NCBI GenBank assembly: GCA_050246315.1
Contig: JBFWWG010000002.1
Span: 64,001-128,000 of the forward strand
Source: Nitrospiraceae bacterium
GTDB taxonomy: Bacteria; Nitrospirota; Nitrospiria; Nitrospirales; Nitrospiraceae
Length of the DNA: 64,000 nt
Direction: 5' to 3'
In this document: positions 41,099 to 49,328 of the stretch, one piece after another
How positions within the stretch are numbered: position 1 is the first letter of the stretch
Layout: the number at the start of each line of letters is the position of its first letter
Made by a program: the position numbers and the translations under genes
The notes under the pieces: generated by a model
Seen by the model: only the letters and a program-made list of their open reading frames with translations
Told to the model about the DNA's origin: nothing
Database searches by the model: none

Positions 41099-41335
41099 AT
41101 GGCTACACGGGCTTATGTGCTGATCAAAGTGCGTGCCGGAAAGACCAAAGCGGTCGTCGAGGCGTTGCGAAAACTGCCCGGCATCGAGCAGGTCCATCCT
41201 TGTTTTGGACAACCCGACATCTTCAGTTTCGTCAGCGTGACCGACGAACGGGCTCTGTCAGAGGTCGTGATCACCAGAATTCACACCATCGAGGGAGTGG
41301 AGGAGACCGATACGCATATCGTGGCCGACACCTAA
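41099..41335 (+). CDS. Stand-alone Lrp/AsnC ligand-binding (RAM) domain protein
   Basis: AGGAGG RBS; AYVLI...G.PDI...I..IEGVEETDT; no HTH. Confidence 0.85.
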   Translation: MATRAYVLIKVRAGKTKAVVEALRKLPGIEQVHPCFGQPDIFSFVSVTDERALSEVVITRIHTIEGVEETDTHIVADT

Positions 41336-41346
41336 CGGCTCCTCCG

Positions 41347-42321
41347 TTAGGACTTCGTCGCGTGACGGGACTGGGCTTGAGCTATCCGATAACAGGATTC
41401 GACAAGCCTGAGTGCTTCCAAGCCTTCGTGCCCAGGAATGGGCATCGGTCTATTGTGGACCACGGCCTGCACAAAGGCCGAGAGGACCGATAGGATCGTC
41501 GGTTGCTCCGGTTCCTTCCACGCAATCGAAGCCTGTTCGCCCCGCCGATGGATCAGGTCATGATTGACCCAATCGGCGGACAAGACGTCGCGCGATCCGG
41601 ATGCCGAGACTGTTCCGATTCGTTCCGATTGTGACCAGGCAACCAACAGATTGATGCTTATGCCCTCGATAGTCGACAGTCGAATGTCGGCCCTGGTCTC
41701 AAATCCGGCCGGCGGCAATCGATCCACGCTGCAGGCCTCGACACGTGGAGCGGAATCAGTTAGATATCGCGCCAAGTCCAGGAGATGGATGCCTAGATCC
41801 AGGAGCACGCCTCTCCCTCCAAATCCCGGATTGTCGAGGGGACGTGGTCTTGCCGGTACCGTGAGGGTCATCGCGAGGGAATCGATGGCCTCGAACTCGG
41901 CCAGGCGCGAACGAAACGTGTCCAGTGCACGATTGAACCGGAGGGTCTGGGCGACCATCAACGGGACGCCGGCCTTGTCAGCGATGTGCACCATCTCCAC
42001 TCCATCCGATTCGGTCGTGGCCAGGGGTTTTTCCACCAAAAGCGGCTTGCCTGCAGCGACGGCGGCATGGCAAATCAATGGAGACAGTTGCGGCGGTGCG
42101 GCAGAAACCACCACCTCGACCGAGGGATGTTGCACCAGGTCCGTCACCCGTTCGATCACGGTGACGGGATAGGGAACCGGAAGCGGAAACCCTTGGTTCG
42201 GATTCTTGCGACAGACGGCGATCAAGCGGACGCCTGGCACATCCTCCAACAGATGGCGCGCGTAGCGTAGCCCCTGCCGTCCCAGTCCGATCAGTCCGAT
42301 CCCTACCGGCGGTTGTTTCAT
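41347..42321 (-). CDS. Gfo/Idh/MocA family oxidoreductase
   Basis: GLIGLG, VEKPLA, G.LLDLGIH..D. Confidence 0.9.
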   Translation of the reverse strand: MKQPPVGIGLIGLGRQGLRYARHLLEDVPGVRLIAVCRKNPNQGFPLPVPYPVTVIERVTDLVQHPSVEVVVSAAPPQLSPLICHAAVAAGKPLLVEKPLATTESDGVEMVHIADKAGVPLMVAQTLRFNRALDTFRSRLAEFEAIDSLAMTLTVPARPRPLDNPGFGGRGVLLDLGIHLLDLARYLTDSAPRVEACSVDRLPPAGFETRADIRLSTIEGISINLLVAWSQSERIGTVSASGSRDVLSADWVNHDLIHRRGEQASIAWKEPEQPTILSVLSAFVQAVVHNRPMPIPGHEGLEALRLVESCYRIAQAQSRHATKS

Positions 42322-42436
42322 CGTAGTCCTTCGCAGGTCGGACCTGGTCCGAGCCCAACCGCTCCTTCGTCGGTCGCGCGCTGACCAAGTCCGTCATCGG
42401 TTGCAACGACAGGTGCTTCAGTCCGCGAGCCCTCCG

Positions 42437-42466
42437 TTGACACCCTTCGAATCAGATCTTTATAGT
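42437..42466 (+). promoter_or_regulatory. Putative sigma70 promoter
   Basis: TTGACA-18 bp-TATAGT upstream of the DLH-like gene. Confidence 0.6.
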
Positions 42467-42545
42467 ATCAAAGGCCACGCAGAAAGCCGAAGAGGCAGAT
42501 GACGATTACAAGAACCGATCGGATGGAACACCCAAGGATCAACGC

Positions 42546-43340
42546 ATGACCACTCATGTATCGCCGTTCACCCCTCAACAAGTTGGCACAGGGGCCATCC
42601 GCTTTCCAAGTGGGGTCACGATTCCAACATCTGCCGACGCGGCGGTGGATCCGTATTTCAAAACTCGAGTTCCTAAAGACATCCAGGTCGAGGCGATCTA
42701 CTACTGGCCGCAGGAAAAGGGAGTGTATCCGGGCATTGTGCTGTTGCATGAATGGTGGGGGTTGACCAGTCAGATTAAGGATGTCGCGCTTCGGCTTGCT
42801 TGTGAAGGGTACGGCGTTCTTATTCCCAACTTGTACACCAGGGTGGGCGGTATGGTCACAGCCAGTGCGGAGATCGCAGAGGCCTTAATGGGTCGGTTGA
42901 ATGAAGCCGCCGTGTTACAGGATATCAATTCCTGTTGCGAGTACTTCAATACGCGGGAATTCCTGAAGCGAAACATCCATGCCGTCATCGGATTTGGCAT
43001 GGGAGGCTCGCTGGCGATTCATTTTGCCTGTCAACGGAAACGGCTGCGTGCAGCAGTGGCCTATTACGGACTTCTCCGAGATCGACAGAACCGCGTCTCC
43101 GAGCTGCACTGTCCGTTGCTCTATCACCAAGCGGAGGCCGATTCGCTGGTGTCGGCTGATGAGGTAGAGCAACTCCGGCGCGCCACTGCCTCCCAGGGCA
43201 AGCCGGTTGAGATCAAGCGCTACCAGGGGACCTCCCACGGTTTCAGCAACGAGATGCGGAAAGACGCCTACCATTCCGAGGCTTCTCAGCAGGCCTGGGA
43301 TGCCACGCTTGCCTTTCTTGCCGAACATCTCCGAGCCTGA
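42546..43340 (+). CDS. Dienelactone hydrolase family protein (nucleophile Cys replaced by Gly)
   Basis: HEWWGL, LACEGY, GFGMGG (canonical GFCMGG), YYG, HGF. Confidence 0.85.
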   Translation: MTTHVSPFTPQQVGTGAIRFPSGVTIPTSADAAVDPYFKTRVPKDIQVEAIYYWPQEKGVYPGIVLLHEWWGLTSQIKDVALRLACEGYGVLIPNLYTRVGGMVTASAEIAEALMGRLNEAAVLQDINSCCEYFNTREFLKRNIHAVIGFGMGGSLAIHFACQRKRLRAAVAYYGLLRDRQNRVSELHCPLLYHQAEADSLVSADEVEQLRRATASQGKPVEIKRYQGTSHGFSNEMRKDAYHSEASQQAWDATLAFLAEHLRA

Positions 43341-43561
43341 ACCATCCAATCCAATTGCGATCGTTCAGTGGCTAGGTGGCTGCCAGCGGCCCGATCTTGC
43401 GGGGCGCCCGAGGTTATTGGACAATGAACAGCGGGTAGACAACCGAGCCAAGACAGGCGTGGACCATAATCGGAGATGGATCTGCAATCCTCCTGTGTCG
43501 TCGGATCGAAATCTCATCCCGACATCCATGAACAGGATACCCGCTCGGAAAGCGAACGAGC

Positions 43562-44755
43562 ATGAGTTGGCATCTTTTCCAGTCCGTCTTCCTGGCGCTG
43601 TGTGTCGCTGTGAGCCTGTCCGCATGGAGTCCGCCCCGACTCGACGCAGGCCAACCGGTGCAGTCGTCTGGACCTGAATCATCGCTCCCTGATTTCCAAG
43701 GACTCTTCCCCGAGATCGACAGTTCGTTGGCCGGTCTGACATCGCCGCAAGACATGGGCAAGGTCTTCGTGTCTCTGCTGGCGCCTCGGCTCGGCTTGAA
43801 CGACATGGCCTTGATTCTGCGATCCGGCGAGCGAGCGCTGCCCCCGACAGCCGGCCTATCGTACAGGGACCTGCACGCGTCCGTTATTCGCCTGGTCAGC
43901 GGACTGAATCGCTGGCGCCTTGCCTTAGGCCTTCGCTTGACGGTCGAGACGGACCATCAACCGTCTTGGCATCAATCCCTGACAACCCTCTTGGATCAGC
44001 TTCGTACGCAGGTATCGATTGATAGGAGCGAACCGGGCAAGGAGGCCATGCTTCGGCTGATTGCCCTGACCGACGCGGTGGTCACCGGAGCCGCACTCCC
44101 TCAGGCAGATACTCACCTTCCTCTCTACGACAGGTATCGACAGGCGGTAGAGACCCGGCATCCCCTTTTCGTAAATGGGCGGCTGGCTTGGCTACCGCTG
44201 CTGGAAGAAAAGGGCGCCGAAGCCCTCCGAACCACATTGCTGGACGGAGACTTGGAACCCCCGATAGCGGAGGACGTCCGGACGCACCTAGCCCGACAAT
44301 ATTTCGACGATCGGTTGCTCCCCTATCTATTGATCCAACTTGCCAGTAAGGCAGCAGCGGTGGAGCAGGAAGCCTCCCTGGCCGCGGTACGGGAATGGGC
44401 TTGGCAAAAGGGGCTGCGTGGGAGATTGCGGGAAACCATCGGGCTGAAACGACTCTGCGGGACTTGGCAATGGGTGGTACATAACCATCGCAACCATTCC
44501 GACAGCAAGACGATCGTCACTTTTGGGCCGACTGGGCCTGATGGATCGGAAGCGAACAAACCAGCCGAGGTTGTGGTGCTGGGGGATGGCGTCTATTTGC
44601 GGTGGGAATTCGGCGGCTCACAACAACAAGAAGACAGCCTGTTGTTCGTAGGAGAAGGTCAAAGATTGGAGGGGTCATTTGTGAATACGGCCGGTTCGTG
44701 GGGGAGCATCACGGGCAAGCGACTCAAGTCTTGTAAGCCCGAAGGAACCCGATAA
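43562..44755 (+). CDS. Exported hypothetical protein
   Basis: Signal peptide; helical core; C-terminal beta domain (CGTWQW...GSITGKR..C). Confidence 0.7.
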   Translation: MSWHLFQSVFLALCVAVSLSAWSPPRLDAGQPVQSSGPESSLPDFQGLFPEIDSSLAGLTSPQDMGKVFVSLLAPRLGLNDMALILRSGERALPPTAGLSYRDLHASVIRLVSGLNRWRLALGLRLTVETDHQPSWHQSLTTLLDQLRTQVSIDRSEPGKEAMLRLIALTDAVVTGAALPQADTHLPLYDRYRQAVETRHPLFVNGRLAWLPLLEEKGAEALRTTLLDGDLEPPIAEDVRTHLARQYFDDRLLPYLLIQLASKAAAVEQEASLAAVREWAWQKGLRGRLRETIGLKRLCGTWQWVVHNHRNHSDSKTIVTFGPTGPDGSEANKPAEVVVLGDGVYLRWEFGGSQQQEDSLLFVGEGQRLEGSFVNTAGSWGSITGKRLKSCKPEGTR

Positions 44756-44787
44756 GCGGCTGGCGACCCATTGCTCACCCACCGAAG

Positions 44788-45174
44788 TCATTTGTCAGCC
44801 GATCCCGGTCGAGACCAGGTATCCCAGGCGACGGAGGCCCAGCCGCAGAGAAAACAGATTCCCCCTAAGGGGGTGAGGGCTCCGAGCCACCTGATGCCTG
44901 TCAGAGCCAGCGTGAAGAGGCTCCCAGAAAATATGACGATCCCCATGACAAACAGAATGGCAGCCCGGTTCAGGTGAGCCGACCAGTCCTGCCGACCCAA
45001 AATCCCGACGGCCAGGAGTCCGAGCGCGTGATACAGTTGATATCTCACACCCACTTCAAAGACCTGAAGTGATTCCAGAGGCAGGATTCCCTTCAGGGCA
45101 TGGGCGCCGAAAGCTCCGGCCGCTACTCCCAGGAGGGCCAGGCATGAGCCAAGGGGCAGCGCATATCGTCTCAT
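44788..45174 (-). CDS. DUF423 / YgdD-type membrane protein
   Basis: GAFGAH, YQLYHALGL, FSGSL, TPLGG. Confidence 0.9.
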   Translation of the reverse strand: MRRYALPLGSCLALLGVAAGAFGAHALKGILPLESLQVFEVGVRYQLYHALGLLAVGILGRQDWSAHLNRAAILFVMGIVIFSGSLFTLALTGIRWLGALTPLGGICFLCGWASVAWDTWSRPGSADK

Positions 45175-45283
45175 ATCGTCTCGCCGTATGTATCAAGAGG
45201 CGGTTGGTGGGCGGGGCCCACAGGTCTTCGCCTCTAGTCCGAGCTAGGCTATACTGTCTATCGAGCGAAGGACTGCGAAGTCA

Positions 45284-45832
45284 ATGGCTATCGAATGCCC
45301 CCGTTGTCTCCTGAGTCACGAAGACCATACCTTGCGGTGTTCCTGCGGGTACGACCTCACCCTGTTGTTCGGGAAGCAGCGCTCGTTCTCGCCCTCCGGT
45401 TCCGCTCCCCAAGCAGAGGACAAGAATGAGATGGGACGTGCCCCGTTTCTCGTCGGCGTCGGTCTGATCTGGGGACTATTGGTGGGAGGCGAGTGGTTTC
45501 GAGTGACCGGGACCAATTTCGGTGCCATTGGGTTAGATGAGATCAGATCGGTCCTCTTCTGGGCTTCGACCAGCATGGCGGGCGCGGCCGTCGTCGGAAT
45601 GATCGGGTGGTTTATCGTGTGGGTCTTTCGCTCCTATGAAGGATTGGAGCGGCGCCCCAGCGCCAAACGGATGACCTTACTGGTCACGGCGATAGCAGCC
45701 TGCGCGATGTTCCTGATCCGGTTCTTAAGTCCAACAACCATCGCCGGGTACCTGGTGCCGACCCTCTCCGTCATCCTCGTCTCAGTGGTCTTCTATCTAG
45801 CCGGAACTAAGCACTGGCTGGGCCGGTGGTAA
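45284..45832 (+). CDS. Membrane protein with N-terminal zinc-ribbon-like motif
   Basis: CPRC...CSCG followed by four hydrophobic segments. Confidence 0.65.
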   Translation: MAIECPRCLLSHEDHTLRCSCGYDLTLLFGKQRSFSPSGSAPQAEDKNEMGRAPFLVGVGLIWGLLVGGEWFRVTGTNFGAIGLDEIRSVLFWASTSMAGAAVVGMIGWFIVWVFRSYEGLERRPSAKRMTLLVTAIAACAMFLIRFLSPTTIAGYLVPTLSVILVSVVFYLAGTKHWLGRW

Positions 45833-45862
45833 ACGAGAGCCCAACTACCGGGACAAGAAGCC

Positions 45863-46180
45863 ATGTTTAAGAAACAGATCGATTTCCGTCACAACCCTCG
45901 CCATGAAGTGCACTTGTCTGTTGAGTTTACGGGCGATCAGCTCTCGGGGAAGGGCCTGGTCTGCAACCTCTCACGCTCTGGCTGCTGCATTAGGGGAGAT
46001 ACGCGGGTGCCCGTCGGGGCTTTTGTTGAGTTGGAGATCAATCTGCCGGACGCATCTACACCGTTGATTATCGATCTCGGCGTGGTTCGGTGGTCGGCGG
46101 GGGAGCGGTTCGGAATCGACTTTCTTCAACTGAAGGAATCCGAGACGCGGCGGCTGAAACAATTCCTCACGACCCTTTGA
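45863..46180 (+). CDS. Stand-alone PilZ domain protein
   Basis: RHNPR (RxxxR) and NLSRSG (D/NxSxxG) c-di-GMP motifs, VRW, FGIDF. Confidence 0.88.
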   Translation: MFKKQIDFRHNPRHEVHLSVEFTGDQLSGKGLVCNLSRSGCCIRGDTRVPVGAFVELEINLPDASTPLIIDLGVVRWSAGERFGIDFLQLKESETRRLKQFLTTL

Positions 46181-46264
46181 ACCCTGCTGCCGAACTCTAC
46201 TGCGTCCACGAAGAGATCAGCTAGCAACCGCCGTTCCTCATCCGAACTTGGTCTCTCAAATGAA

Positions 46265-47032
46265 TCATGCTGCCGCGGACACGCCGGAAGAGATGGCCTT
46301 GGTGAGCCGGGCTTTCTTGAGCGATATCAAGCCCCGTTGAATCTCAGTTGGATACAACGGTCCCGTCTTCTTCTTGGCATAGCGTTTCTCAAACCGCTCG
46401 ATCAGTTCCAATCCGTCGTTGTACCGGCATTGACCGATCAATAAATCGACCATCCTCATGAAGGACGGCAGCACATATTGAAGGTCTCGGACCTGTCTGG
46501 CATGGTCGATCACATAGCGATAGCCCATCATGGACGTCTCAGGATTGCTCAATTCGTAGGACAACGCTTCCAGCATGTGGACGGAAATGCGATCGGTCTC
46601 TGCGCTCACACTCTGTTCCCAAGGTCCGTTGGTCAGTCGTAACAATTCCTCATCGCTTATCTTCACGGGCTTGCGCTTGGCCGTTCGGAGGCGCTCGACC
46701 AGTTGACGGCCTTCGGGCCAGGCACCATAGAGTCCGATCAAGAGGCAGCGGCAACCGCCTGGGTTGGTGCAGTGGCCTTGCGACGGATTGCTCAGCCGCT
46801 TCGCGACCATGCTGGGAAGGAAGACCCGGCCGTGAAGGTCCTGACAACCAGAACAGGTGTCGCTGTTGGAAGGAGCGACATGAATGTACATCCGGATACC
46901 GGAGCGATCAAAGATATCAATGGCCTGAATCCGTCCCTTGAGTACCAGGATCTGATGATACTCCCAGACCACAAGCAGAGCCAGAAGACCCGCCAAATAC
47001 GGGACGATTTCCGGGACAATTAAGGCATCCAT
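46265..47032 (-). CDS. Membrane-anchored Cys-motif hypothetical protein with TPR-like C-terminus
   Basis: N-terminal TM; TCSGC..LHGRVF...CTNPGGCRC; GGGAGA RBS before MDALIV. Confidence 0.7.
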   Translation of the reverse strand: MDALIVPEIVPYLAGLLALLVVWEYHQILVLKGRIQAIDIFDRSGIRMYIHVAPSNSDTCSGCQDLHGRVFLPSMVAKRLSNPSQGHCTNPGGCRCLLIGLYGAWPEGRQLVERLRTAKRKPVKISDEELLRLTNGPWEQSVSAETDRISVHMLEALSYELSNPETSMMGYRYVIDHARQVRDLQYVLPSFMRMVDLLIGQCRYNDGLELIERFEKRYAKKKTGPLYPTEIQRGLISLKKARLTKAISSGVSAAA

Positions 47033-47215
47033 CGCCGCGTCTCCCGCACACAGATCCCATCGGATACGTGAGGAAGTATAGCACCAAGACCATTGGGTCT
47101 GACTCAAAGGGAATGCGATAAATTCACGAGGATGCGGCAGCGAACTGATGGATCACGTCAAGATCGACGGATCGGTCGAACCTTGACCGATTGGAGCCGC
47201 CGGATGAGCGACTGT

Positions 47216-47581
47216 CTAGGTGGCTTTCAATACGTCCCGGATGGCGTGAAGCAATTCGTCCATCGGGAACGGCTTTTGGAGGACCTTTTGGGCGCCGAAC
47301 AGCTTGGCGACATCAAGGAAGTTGGTTTTTCCACTGGCGCCGGTCATCGCGATGATCCTGGCGTCTGGATACTCACGGGCGAGGACTAAGGTCGCTTCCA
47401 GACCATCGGTGTCGGGCATCAGGATATCGGTGAGCACCACATCCGTGGGGTCCTCTCGATACAACTCCAACGCTTCACGCCCTCCCCGGGCTTCCTTGAC
47501 TTGGTAGCCGGCAGCCTCGAGGTTCAACCGCAAGGCCGTTCGCACACCTTCATCATCGTCGGTCAACAAGATTGAAAACAT
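47216..47581 (-). CDS. Single-domain response regulator (CheY-like)
   Basis: DDD, DILMP.. DG, T, KPF. Confidence 0.9.
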   Translation of the reverse strand: MFSILLTDDDEGVRTALRLNLEAAGYQVKEARGGREALELYREDPTDVVLTDILMPDTDGLEATLVLAREYPDARIIAMTGASGKTNFLDVAKLFGAQKVLQKPFPMDELLHAIRDVLKAT

Positions 47582-47610
47582 CGCATCTCCTTGATCCCCT
47601 CCCCTTGCAG

Positions 47611-47699
47611 TGGTGCCGGAGACCGGGATCGAACCGGTACACCCCTTTCGGGGTGAGGGATTTTAAGTCCCTTGCGTCTGCCTATTCCGCCACTCCGGC
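47611..47699 (-). tRNA. tRNA-Leu(TAA)
   Basis: GCCGGAG acceptor, anticodon arm AGGGA-CTTAAAA-TCCCT, long variable arm, GGTTCGATCCC, encoded CCA. Confidence 0.97.
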
Positions 47700-47721
47700 G
47701 TCAGCTACGCCGTAAGTAGAA

Positions 47722-47750
47722 ATTGTAACATTGACAGGTATTTGAATCAA
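47722..47750 (-). promoter_or_regulatory. Putative sigma70 promoter of tRNA-Leu
   Basis: TTGATT-17 bp-TACAAT on the minus strand. Confidence 0.6.
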
Positions 47751-47842
47751 GACAAACGGAAGGAATCGTGTCGGGGGCCGAGATTATGAGGCTCGGACCC
47801 CGACGAGGAAAGGTTAGAGGCCGGTTGTATACGAGGGTCCGC

Positions 47843-48094
47843 TTAGGCAGCCTCTCCGATCTTTTGAGCCTCGTGTTTGTCTGCCAGAGTTTTCCCAACC
47901 TCTTGCGCACCGGTCTTGAGCGCCCGTCCGACACGAATGGCCTGGACCTGCGCCCTCTTCGCATACCGTACCACTGTTCTCCTGCTGTCACTGCCCGTCT
48001 GGGGAGCCAACAGCAGTCCAGCTCCGACCCCGATCAACGCACCCCCCGCAAACCACCCAGCCAACTTGGCTACTTCGTGACCATTGAAAGACAT
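47843..48094 (-). CDS. YtxH-like protein
   Basis: GALIG...GLLLAPQTGS..R motif; AGGAGG RBS. Confidence 0.85.
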   Translation of the reverse strand: MSFNGHEVAKLAGWFAGGALIGVGAGLLLAPQTGSDSRRTVVRYAKRAQVQAIRVGRALKTGAQEVGKTLADKHEAQKIGEAA

Positions 48095-48193
48095 GGGACG
48101 GCCCTCCTTGAAACAACGACAGGGTGAATGATCCGCCTGTGAGAACGAGTATGTTCGGGCGCCCGACTCGCTGAGTACTCAGGTCGTGGAATC

Positions 48194-48209
48194 AGCATCA
48201 TCCATGCCA
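48194..48209 (-). promoter_or_regulatory. Putative sigma54 -24/-12 promoter upstream of the YtxH-like gene
   Basis: TGGCATGGATGATGCT with correctly spaced GG-N10-GC. Confidence 0.55.
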
Positions 48210-48460
48210 CCGGCTGACGAGGGCGACTCGTAAGAATTCAGCGCACTTTGTCGCGGACGACCGAATGGACGAGCCGGTGGCTGGTGACATTTTCACCACA
48301 AGTGTGGCGGCAGGGTTGCAGAAAGTAGACAGACATCACTGATCGCGGCAAAGTGGCGCCCGTCGCCGCTCGGCCGACGTTGAAAGTTGCTCGGCAATGA
48401 CCTATGATCTGACAAGAGTCTGCACCCAGCTCCGGTAGTTATTCCAGAACACAGCGCTTC

Positions 48461-49291
48461 ATGATCCCGTATCCCAATATCAGTCCGATCATAGTGCAAA
48501 TCGGACCGTTGGCCTTGCGATGGTACGGACTGATGTACCTTATCGGTCTGACCAGCGCGTACTTTTTCATTCGCAACAGGGTGACGAAACAACGGCTTCC
48601 CATGAGTGTGGACCATGTATACGACATGATCGTATTCGGTGCGCTGGGGGTGTTTCTCGGAGGAAGGCTCGGCTATGTGCTTTTTTATAACTTGGCCTAT
48701 TACCTCCAGAACCCGCTGAAAGTCGCGGCGGTCTGGGAAGGCGGGATGTCGTTCCACGGGGGCTTGATCGGAGTGATGGCGGCGCTGATCCTCTTCAGCT
48801 ACCGCCGAGGAATCCCCTTCATTACAATCGCCGATCTGGCGGCAGCAGCCACCCCGATTGGACTGGGTTTCGGTCGGTTGGGGAACTTCATCAATGGCGA
48901 GCTATTCGGTCGGCCGGCCGACGTCCCCTGGTGCATGGTATTTCCGGGAGGCGGTCCGGAATGCCGGCATCCATCTCAACTCTATGAGGCCATGCTCGAA
49001 GGGGCGCTGCTCTTCACTGTGCTCTGGCTCATCAGCCGGCGCCCAGTTCCTCCCGGAACCCTCTGCGGAAGTTTCCTGGTGGGCTACGGACTTTGTCGGG
49101 TGACGGTCGAGTTTTTTCGAGAGCCGGACCCTCAGATGGGATTCATCTTCGGACAGGTTTCGATGGGACAGGTGCTCAGTACACCCATGATCCTCGCCGG
49201 TATCGGGATCGTTTGGTGGGCATTCTGGCGCCAGGGGCAGCGACAGACTCCAATCGTATCGAGCGGGGGTCACACGAGAACCAGTAGCTAG
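48461..49291 (+). CDS. lgt: Prolipoprotein diacylglyceryl transferase
   Basis: RWYGLMY, GGMSFHGG, GRLGNFINGEL, HPSQLYE, EFFREPD. Confidence 0.97.
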   Translation: MIPYPNISPIIVQIGPLALRWYGLMYLIGLTSAYFFIRNRVTKQRLPMSVDHVYDMIVFGALGVFLGGRLGYVLFYNLAYYLQNPLKVAAVWEGGMSFHGGLIGVMAALILFSYRRGIPFITIADLAAAATPIGLGFGRLGNFINGELFGRPADVPWCMVFPGGGPECRHPSQLYEAMLEGALLFTVLWLISRRPVPPGTLCGSFLVGYGLCRVTVEFFREPDPQMGFIFGQVSMGQVLSTPMILAGIGIVWWAFWRQGQRQTPIVSSGGHTRTSS

Positions 49292-49328
49292 GCGGTTCCA
49301 CCCGAGCGAACATCTCTCGCTCCTTCGG

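Noticed and set aside
39840..41099. 419-aa minus-strand ORF, and similar long antisense ORFs at 25671-26597 and 59905-60828
   Set aside because: Antisense to well-supported genes; expected from GC codon bias.
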